DNA of 64,000 nucleotides from an uncultured Bacteroidales bacterium (GTDB lineage Bacteria; Bacteroidota; Bacteroidia; Bacteroidales; UBA1402): NCBI GenBank assembly GCA_964502355.1, contig CAZCWK010000007.1, positions 7,091 to 71,090 of the forward strand, read 5' to 3'. Shown piece by piece: positions 57,230 to 64,000 of this stretch (position 1 is its first letter; each line of letters starts with the position of its first letter). The notes under the pieces were generated by a model. It saw only the letters and a program-made list of their open reading frames with translations, ran no database searches and was not told where the DNA came from. The position numbers and the translations under genes were made by a program.

Positions 57230-57525
57230 ATTATTGCTTATTAAGTTGATATTTAAATATATAAAGCAAATGTGTTTACAGTAAAAATATTTAATACTAC
57301 GAAGTAAATATATTAAAAAATATGAAAAAATGCAATTTTCTTGTATGAAAAATGTAACACAACAAAAGAGAAGACGTCTATAATGTAAACAGCTGTTAAT
57401 CCCGTCTGTTTAATAATCAGTAACACAATTATTACAGGATACTTTTTCTCCGAAGGCAACGGATGAAGAAGCAGGGAAAACTATTGCCAAAATTTTACTA
57501 ATATTTTTAACAAATTTCAAAAGTT

Positions 57526-58113
57526 ATGAAAAAAATAATTTTAAAATCAATTCTGATTTCTATATCCTTTTTTACATTGGCTTCCATGACTAAAGCTGAA
57601 AAAAATGTGGTTTTTGATCACCAGAACAAAACAGTTACCATATCTGCTAATTTTGTTTCCTTTTATAAAAATAATGATGGATTGAAGGACGCAATTAAAT
57701 ACTGGAATAGCTTAAGCGGAAATTACAATCAGAAAGTTTTTAATGAAGAAGGTCTGGAATCCTATGAAGTTAAATTTGATCTTACACTCAATAAACCAAA
57801 TGCTGATGAGAAGTCAAACAATGTATTTTGTGTAGTTCCCGGCAATCATTATCTTTTTAATAAAAAGAAAACAGTGTACAATAATGGATTAGACTATCCT
57901 GCTAAGACAGTTGCAGTTTCAGATGGATATATAATTGCTGTTACAAATGATTATGCCAACGATAAGGGTGTAATTGCACGTGAGATTGGATATAACCTTG
58001 GATTTTTTAAATCTGAGAAAAATGTTCAGGACCTGACGATGCTTGATATAGAAAAGGAACTCAGCATATCTAATGCTGTTTCATATAAAAAGCAGAAACC
58101 GCATCAGATTTGA
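57526..58113 (+). CDS. Hypothetical secreted protein
   Basis: 195-aa intact ORF with signal peptide MKKIILKSILISISFFTLASMTKA. I recognise no family. It contains VIAREIGYNLGF, which resembles a zincin HExxH block with both His residues replaced. Confidence 0.5.
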   Translation: MKKIILKSILISISFFTLASMTKAEKNVVFDHQNKTVTISANFVSFYKNNDGLKDAIKYWNSLSGNYNQKVFNEEGLESYEVKFDLTLNKPNADEKSNNVFCVVPGNHYLFNKKKTVYNNGLDYPAKTVAVSDGYIIAVTNDYANDKGVIAREIGYNLGFFKSEKNVQDLTMLDIEKELSISNAVSYKKQKPHQI

Positions 58114-58122
58114 TGCGGTTTC
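58095..58122. terminator. Hairpin between convergent genes (hypothetical protein / RRM protein), overlapping the stop codon at 58111-58113
   Basis: Perfect 12-bp stem GAAACCGCATCA / TGATGCGGTTTC with a 4-nt loop. The T tract is better on the minus strand (CTGCTTTTT). Confidence 0.5.
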
Positions 58123-58177
58123 GTAAACCAGAACTTATATATTAAGTAAGAGCTGTCTCAGAACGATTTAAGGTTTT

Positions 58178-58423
58178 TTAGTTTTTTGGAAGAGCTTCCT
58201 TGACTACCATGGGACGACCAGCATATTCAGAACCGTTAAGTTCAGCAATAGCTTTTTTTGCTCCTTCGTCTTCTTTGATTTCGCAAAATGCAAAACCTTT
58301 AGAGCGGCCTGTCTCGCGATCCTTGATGATTTTTACTGATGTTACGGTTCCATAGTCTTCCATAACTTCTTTCAAATCATTTTCCCTAACACTGTAGTTC
58401 AAGTTTCCGATGTAAATGTTCAT
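58178..58423 (-). CDS. RRM-type RNA-binding protein
   Basis: 81 aa. RNP-2 IYIGNL and RNP-1 KGFAFCEI. Confidence 0.88.
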   Translation of the reverse strand: MNIYIGNLNYSVRENDLKEVMEDYGTVTSVKIIKDRETGRSKGFAFCEIKEDEGAKKAIAELNGSEYAGRPMVVKEALPKN

Positions 58424-58632
58424 AAAATAAAAAATAATAATAAATAAATAAATAAAAGATTACGCTTATATGAAATAAGCAAAGGCAAAGGAAAGCATAA
58501 TTTTTTTTTTTACAAGTTTTTTGACGTTTTTTTTTTAAAAAGGCATTATTTTTTTTCAAAATTGCTATTTTTTCTCAATTTTGCCGGATAAAACATAATG
58601 TTTATGTTTGTTTGTCAGAAAAATACAAAAGG

Positions 58633-59172
58633 ATGATAGTTAACGAAAAAGAAATTAAAATTGCCAACGTCATCGAAATCGGAAAACAAATGATGATTGC
58701 CGCAAGGACAGCTCCAAAAGGTAAAGGAATTGATAATCTTGAAATTGTACTTGTCTATGGTGAAGATCTTGAAATTCTGGCTTCGTATATGGAGAAAAGT
58801 GTTGAAAATCATGGGCGAAAATTTTTCTTCAGGGATGCTTCCAATATTCGTCAGTCTCAAGCAGTATTGATTATAGGTACAAGAATAGCAAATCTGGGTC
58901 TGAATTGTGGATATTGTGGCTATCCTACATGTACGGAAAAGGATTTAGCTGGTAATGCTCCTTGCGCTTTTCCTGTCACTGATCTTGGTATTGCCGTAGG
59001 CTCAGCATGCTCAAAGGCATCTGATGCAAAAGTTGATACCAGAGTAATGTTTTCAGCCGGGACAGTCGCGATGGAACTCGGTTGGTTAGGAGAAGATTGT
59101 AAACTGGCTTACGCCATCCCAATCAGTGTATCCGGTAAAAGTCCATATTTTGACAGACAATTTCAACATTGA
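58633..59172 (+). CDS. DUF2148-like ferredoxin-domain protein
   Basis: AARTAPKGKGIDNLEIV and NCGYCGYPTC blocks. The track start (58612) is a TTG; the ATG at 58633 gives MIVNEKEIK. Confidence 0.7.
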   Translation: MIVNEKEIKIANVIEIGKQMMIAARTAPKGKGIDNLEIVLVYGEDLEILASYMEKSVENHGRKFFFRDASNIRQSQAVLIIGTRIANLGLNCGYCGYPTCTEKDLAGNAPCAFPVTDLGIAVGSACSKASDAKVDTRVMFSAGTVAMELGWLGEDCKLAYAIPISVSGKSPYFDRQFQH

Positions 59173-59193
59173 AACCGTTCCAATGCATGAATA

Positions 59194-61032
59194 TTAAAAA
59201 TTCTGCATATCATAGAGGCGTCTGAAGACGCCTCTATTGTCCAATAATTGTTCGTTAGTGCCACTTTCAACAATCTCTCCGTCATTAATGACATAGATCA
59301 TATCAGCATTTTTAATAGTTGAAAGCCTGTGAGCAATTACTATAGTTGTACGGTTTTTCATCAGATTTTCAAGAGCATCCTGTACTAAACGTTCGGATTC
59401 AGTATCAAGCGCAGAAGTGGCTTCATCGAGAATTAAAACTGGCGGATTTTTTAAAATAGCACGGGCTATACTTATCCTCTGTCTTTGACCTCCGGAAAGT
59501 TTTCCGCCCCTATCGCCGATATTAGATTCATATCCGTTTTCTGTTGCTATGATAAAATCGTGGGCATTTGCAATTTTGGCAGCTTCGATGACCTGATCTA
59601 AAGTGGCATTTTCAACACCAAAAGATATGTTATTAAAGAATGTGTCATTAAACAAAATTGCTTCCTGATTAACATTGCCCATAAGACTGCGAAGTTCATG
59701 GAATGTAATATTCCTTATATCGGTTTCATCGATAGTTATTGAACCACTTTCAACATCATAAAACCTTGGTATAAGGTCAACCAGAGTGGACTTACCTGAA
59801 CCGGACAAACCTACCAGAGCAATAGTCTTACCTTTGGGAATGACAATGTTGATGTTTTTAAGTACCGGCTCTGAATCGTATCTGAAACAGACATTGTTAA
59901 ATCTGATCTGATTATTAAAGCTGCTTATGTGAACAGGTTTCTCAGGTTCTTTAACAGAGCTTTCACTTTTAAGAATCTTATCTATTCTTTCCATTGAAGC
60001 CATACCTTTTTCAATTGTGTACCAGGCTTGTGACAAAGATTTTGCAGGACTAATGATATTGGCAAAAATCAAAAGATAGTAAATGAATGTCGACGCAGAA
60101 ATGACACTCTCGTTTTTGAGAATAAGGCTTCCGCCGAACCATATAACAATAGCAACAATCACGGTACTCAGAAATTCACTTACAGGATGTGCAAGGACCT
60201 GTCTTCTGCCGACTTTGCTGAATGTACGTCTGATGTTTTCGTTCTGTTTTGAAAATCTCTTCTTAATTTTATCCTCTGCATTGAACGCCATAATCACACG
60301 CAAACCGGTCAGGGTTTCCTCAATCTGAGAAAATAATTCTCCAAGTTGATTTTGCCCTTCTCTGGATGGTTTCTTCAATTTTTTGCTTATCCTGCCCATT
60401 ACAATCAATGCCACAGGCGAAACCAAAAGAACAAAAACAGTTAGTTGCCAGCTTATAACCAACATGACCAGAAAAGAAAAGAATATCGTTGCTACATTTT
60501 TGAATAGTATGTCAATTGAACTCATTACAGAGTTTTCGACTTCAATAACATCTCCTGACATTCTTGCCATTATATCACCCTTCTTTTCTTCAGAATAAAA
60601 AGAAAGTGGCAACCTTATAATTTTGTCATATATAGAAGTCCTGAGATCTCTGACAACGCCGGTGCGAATGGTTATCATATTGGATGAACCCATAAACATG
60701 AACAGAGATTTAAAGAAAGTCATTAAAACCAGTAATGCTCCTATGGTCAAAAGAGTGTTTCCTCCTCCGTAATTACCCTTGAAATTTAAAATATAACAAT
60801 AGAAATTGTTTTTTACTACTTCCGCAAGCTGGTCAGCAGGTACACCGCTCAAAGGTTTAATTGTTGTATAAATCCCTTCAAGCTGACCGAATAGTATTTC
60901 AAGTATCGGTATGATAAGTGCAAAAGAGAACAATCCGAAGAATATACTCAGGAAATTGTTTATAATGCTGGATATTAAACTCTTTTTATAAGGTGGAATC
61001 AACCTGTAAAGAAGATTCACAAAATCTTTCAT
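59194..61032 (-). CDS. ABC exporter, fused permease/ATPase, MsbA-like
   Basis: 612 aa with six N-terminal TM helices. Walker A GLSGSGKSTLV, signature LSGGQRQRISIARA and Walker B VLILDEATSALD. Confidence 0.9.
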   Translation of the reverse strand: MKDFVNLLYRLIPPYKKSLISSIINNFLSIFFGLFSFALIIPILEILFGQLEGIYTTIKPLSGVPADQLAEVVKNNFYCYILNFKGNYGGGNTLLTIGALLVLMTFFKSLFMFMGSSNMITIRTGVVRDLRTSIYDKIIRLPLSFYSEEKKGDIMARMSGDVIEVENSVMSSIDILFKNVATIFFSFLVMLVISWQLTVFVLLVSPVALIVMGRISKKLKKPSREGQNQLGELFSQIEETLTGLRVIMAFNAEDKIKKRFSKQNENIRRTFSKVGRRQVLAHPVSEFLSTVIVAIVIWFGGSLILKNESVISASTFIYYLLIFANIISPAKSLSQAWYTIEKGMASMERIDKILKSESSVKEPEKPVHISSFNNQIRFNNVCFRYDSEPVLKNINIVIPKGKTIALVGLSGSGKSTLVDLIPRFYDVESGSITIDETDIRNITFHELRSLMGNVNQEAILFNDTFFNNISFGVENATLDQVIEAAKIANAHDFIIATENGYESNIGDRGGKLSGGQRQRISIARAILKNPPVLILDEATSALDTESERLVQDALENLMKNRTTIVIAHRLSTIKNADMIYVINDGEIVESGTNEQLLDNRGVFRRLYDMQNF

Positions 61033-61134
61033 ATTATTATTCTATTTAAATTAGGGCTAAATATAACACCTTATACCAAATTATTACCTGGAAGTGAAGA
61101 ACGATTATATCATTCTGGTTTCGAATTACATCTT

Positions 61135-62718
61135 TTATTTTTTTGTCAAATCAGCGTTCAGCTTTTTGACAGCTCCATCCTTATTGAACCATAAAAGATA
61201 TGTGTCAGGATTCTTCATCTGAAGAGCTACACTAAAGAGCTCCTGATTTTTCATAATTGCCGGATAAAGATATAAACCGGTTGAGCTATAACCAAGCTGA
61301 TCAAGCACAACGAAATCTATATTATCTTTAACTAATTGTCCGATAACTTCCTTGTCATTTTCACTAAAAAGATACATTTTAGCGTAGGTTTTGGAAAAAT
61401 AGTGGAACATATCGGGTTTCCTGCATGCAACAATTAAATTTTTGTTGCCTTGTTGTTCGAGAGCTTTAGCAATATTAAAAAAGTTGTTATAAGCGGGATG
61501 ATAATCCTGCTTCGCCATGAGATTAAGTTCTTTTAGAGTTGATGTTGTAAATAATGCAAATATCATAATCCCTAAAGCCCATTTCCCCAAACTCTTGTCA
61601 GATTTTACTTTAAGTACCAGTGATATTATGTTTGTAATACCAAGGAAAAAACAGAATGCTATAAAAGGAGCAAGAGGCCAAACATATCTTGAACCGTTAC
61701 CAGAATGCCAAATATTGCCGAGTAAATAAAACAGGAAGAAAAACTTTTTCTTGTCAGACTTCCAGGCACCGTAAAATGTAATAGCAACAATAATCAATCC
61801 CAATACCATTACTAAAGTTTTTGACATATTGTCAACTCTAGTAAAAGGGAACAATACATCTGTGAAACCTTTAATTACAGTATCGTAAAGATTAGTGCCC
61901 ATCTTGTCAAGAAAACCGCTTAAAGTATTGATATGTCCTTCTTCAGGTCTCCAGTTATTTACAACTGTCATCGTATCAAGATACCTGCTTTTCAAACCAT
62001 GTACAGAGTTGCGAATCATCCATGGAAGATAAAGTGCTGCAAAACCGACCCCATATGTCAATGCTCTTTTCCACTTTTTATCAAATAGCCAGTACATTAT
62101 AATTGCACCGGCAAGTACAGCTCCGACACTCCTGAAATAAAAAGCAATTACGGAAGTCACTAACACAATATAGAAGTTGGCGGATTTTATAATCTTTTCA
62201 TCATCTTTCATTTTGAAGAGATAATAAACAGCAAGAATGCTAAAGAAAAGATACGGTATTTCAGACATTAGTATTGTCGCATACCTCATAAGTCCACTGT
62301 TAAGAAGCATCAGCACTGAAACCGAAAAAGCAAAGTATATATTGCCTGTAACTTTCTTCATAATGGAAGTCATCAGTAACATGCCTCCAAGATACAAAAG
62401 CCCGTTTACGAGTTTTAATATGACAATATTATCTCCGAAAATTGACATCAGAAAAGCCAGCATTGTTGAATAACCCGGGGGAAACCAGTTGGTTGCAGCA
62501 TACTCCGGAGTAAGTGGAGAAGAGTAACCATGACCGCTCATTATCGAACGTGCATAATTGATATATCCGAAATTATCACCGTTCAGATCAAGTTTCTTGT
62601 CAAAAATAAAAGAATAAACCATGACAAAAACCAAAATGAGTAATCCGTTGAAAATCCATTTGTTTTTATCGGCTGTTACATTCAGGGAAGTTTTGGTTTC
62701 TGGTGTCCGGGATTTCAT
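61135..62718 (-). CDS. Polytopic membrane glycosyltransferase, GT39/ArnT-like (PMT_2 type)
   Basis: 527 aa with about 11 hydrophobic helices followed by a soluble C-terminal domain. N-terminal DLNGDNFGYINYA loop. The assignment rests on architecture and on pairing with the adjacent GT2 gene. Confidence 0.7.
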   Translation of the reverse strand: MKSRTPETKTSLNVTADKNKWIFNGLLILVFVMVYSFIFDKKLDLNGDNFGYINYARSIMSGHGYSSPLTPEYAATNWFPPGYSTMLAFLMSIFGDNIVILKLVNGLLYLGGMLLMTSIMKKVTGNIYFAFSVSVLMLLNSGLMRYATILMSEIPYLFFSILAVYYLFKMKDDEKIIKSANFYIVLVTSVIAFYFRSVGAVLAGAIIMYWLFDKKWKRALTYGVGFAALYLPWMIRNSVHGLKSRYLDTMTVVNNWRPEEGHINTLSGFLDKMGTNLYDTVIKGFTDVLFPFTRVDNMSKTLVMVLGLIIVAITFYGAWKSDKKKFFFLFYLLGNIWHSGNGSRYVWPLAPFIAFCFFLGITNIISLVLKVKSDKSLGKWALGIMIFALFTTSTLKELNLMAKQDYHPAYNNFFNIAKALEQQGNKNLIVACRKPDMFHYFSKTYAKMYLFSENDKEVIGQLVKDNIDFVVLDQLGYSSTGLYLYPAIMKNQELFSVALQMKNPDTYLLWFNKDGAVKKLNADLTKK

Positions 62719-62802
62719 ATTTTTTAAAATAATTTTTAAAAATTGACAACGTTATTCTGGTCAGATTATGTTTTTGAAATCAATATTTCCAGGTCGGTTT
62801 CA

Positions 62803-63540
62803 TTAAAAAAGTCTGCTTTTAATCAGGCCCCATTTGTGAAGTCTGTATTTAATGGAAACAGCGATAACTCCAAGTCCGTATATGCAGCTTCTTTTAAAGT
62901 TTATCGATGAGGCTTCTTCAAAATATTTAGTCGGGCAGGTGATTTCTGCTATCTCGAAACCGGCATAAAATATCTGGGCAACCATTTCATTGTCAAAGAC
63001 AAAATCATCTGAGTCTATATCGTATTTTATACTGTTTAAAACCTCAGCTGAAAAGGCTCTGTATCCGGTATGGTATTCAGATAGTTTCTGATGAAGTAAA
63101 ATATTTTGTCCCAGAGTCAAAAGACGGTTGGCTATATATTTTATTCTGGGCATGCCTCCTTTTAAAGCTCCTGATCCCAGAATCCTTGATCCGAAAACCA
63201 CAGGATAGACATCATTGGCTATCAGATAACACATTGATTGAATCAGCTTTGGGGTGTATTGATAATCAGGGTGTAACATGACGACAATGTCAGCTCCCAG
63301 TTTGAGTGCTTCTTTGTAACAGGTTTTTTGGTTTCCGCCATAACCTTTGTTTTTATCATGCCTGATAATATTTTTGATGCCGATTTCTCTGGCTACTTCG
63401 ATGGTATTGTCTTTACTGCAATCGTCAGTGATGATAACATCATCCACGATATCAAAAGGTATTTCATCGTATGTTTTCCTCAGTGTGAGTTCTGCGTTGT
63501 ATGCAGGCATCACAACAATTATTTTTTTGCCGTTTATCAT
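62803..63540 (-). CDS. GT2 family glycosyltransferase, polyprenyl-phosphate sugar synthase-like (ArnC/GtrB/DPM1 type)
   Basis: Start placed at the ATG at 63540 (MINGKKIIVVMPAYNAELTL). ITDDCSKDNT and MLHPDYQY blocks. Confidence 0.85.
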   Translation of the reverse strand: MINGKKIIVVMPAYNAELTLRKTYDEIPFDIVDDVIITDDCSKDNTIEVAREIGIKNIIRHDKNKGYGGNQKTCYKEALKLGADIVVMLHPDYQYTPKLIQSMCYLIANDVYPVVFGSRILGSGALKGGMPRIKYIANRLLTLGQNILLHQKLSEYHTGYRAFSAEVLNSIKYDIDSDDFVFDNEMVAQIFYAGFEIAEITCPTKYFEEASSINFKRSCIYGLGVIAVSIKYRLHKWGLIKSRLF

Positions 63541-63830
63541 AGTTTTGGAGTATCTGAGTCCGTCCCTTGCGGGTAAGGCGCTTTGCAGGTGGCAAATATA
63601 CAAAAAACAACTTTTGGTTGAAAGTGTATGGTTTCATAAAAGATGATAAAAGGCTGTCAGTTAAGATATAAATAAGAATAAGCCCAAAAAAGATTTTGCA
63701 AAGCTTTAATTGTCTGTATAATAGCTATTGCTGCTTTTAAAATATTGTCTTTATCAAATAATCCCCCCAAAGGGGGTATTGCACTAATTTTTGTAAAACT
63801 AGTTTTGATAGAAAATTAAATTGTACTGAT

Positions 63831-64000
63831 ATGAAGAAGATATTTAACCTGCTGATACTATTAGCTGTATCACAAATCTCAGCAAAAGCTCTTACTACTC
63901 CGGAAGCTTTTTTAAGCCAGTTACCTTCTGTCCCCTCAGTTGCATGCGCTTCCGACAGATCTGTTGTTGATAAATTTTCTGACAGGATTTATGAAGTAAA
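63831..64000 (+). CDS. Hypothetical exported protein; N-terminal fragment continues beyond the window
   Basis: My translation gives MKKIFNLLILLAVSQISAKALTTPEAFLSQLPSVPSVACASDRSVVDKFSDRIYEV, open to the window end. Signal-peptide-like start. Confidence 0.45.
   Translation, partial: MKKIFNLLILLAVSQISAKALTTPEAFLSQLPSVPSVACASDRSVVDKFSDRIYEV

Noticed and set aside
57230-57525. A 296-bp intergenic region with mini-ORFs (MKKCNFLV*, MKNVTQQKRRRL*), considered as a leader peptide, riboswitch or sRNA.
   Set aside because: There is no convincing conserved-looking structure, terminator-antiterminator pair or known riboswitch core. The mini-ORFs are too short and have no supporting context.
63757-63780. 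Short GC hairpin TCCCCCC-AAA-GGGGGTA upstream of the GT2 gene.
   Set aside because: It is not followed by a T tract on either strand, and it lies upstream rather than downstream of both flanking genes. There is no evidence for terminator or regulatory function.
1-64000. CRISPR arrays, rRNA genes, IS elements or prophage genes.
   Set aside because: I saw no regularly spaced direct repeats, no rRNA-like sequence, and no transposase, integrase or phage structural motifs in any ORF of the six-frame track.

Overview
AT-rich, densely coding chromosomal segment that looks like Bacteroidota. The evidence is a hybrid two-component regulator, two proteins with T9SS C-terminal sorting domains, TAnnTTTG-type -7 promoter boxes, and a parA-parB-DUF5683-mltD-spoT gene order. 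I can support about 50 protein genes, one tRNA-Pro(GGG) and several hairpin terminators. I saw no rRNA, CRISPR array, transposase or integrase. Positions 1-11.8 kb hold an HTCS-linked pectin/arabinan side-chain locus: GH28, a CE12-GH43 fusion, and a T9SS-secreted tandemly duplicated lectin-like protein. No SusC/SusD pair lies in the window. Positions 12.9-14.6 kb hold a compact split-kinase HipB-HipS-HipT type toxin-antitoxin cassette with two 19-bp operator-like repeats, next to the tRNA. Most of the rest is housekeeping: aroB, cls, rsmD, alaS, relA/spoT, parAB, surE, lpxB, ilvE, trmB, apbC, msrBA, gpx. The most interesting non-housekeeping units are as follows. (a) A tight four-gene operon at 20.3-23.7 kb encodes a TagD-like cytidylyltransferase, a glycerol-1-phosphate-dehydrogenase-like enzyme, a CDP-alcohol phosphatidyltransferase and a flippase-like membrane protein; I read it as a CDP-glycerol-dependent polar head-group pathway of unknown product. 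(b) A TetR gene is translationally coupled to a 1421-aa fusion of two HgdC/BcrA-type activating ATPases with dehydratase-like domains, and a perfect 8-2-8 palindrome lies upstream. (c) The conserved DUF5683 gene is frameshifted. (d) A 5S-type carboxyltransferase carries a biotinyl-like domain with Tyr in place of the biotinyl Lys. All functional calls come from reading motifs by eye; no database search was possible.
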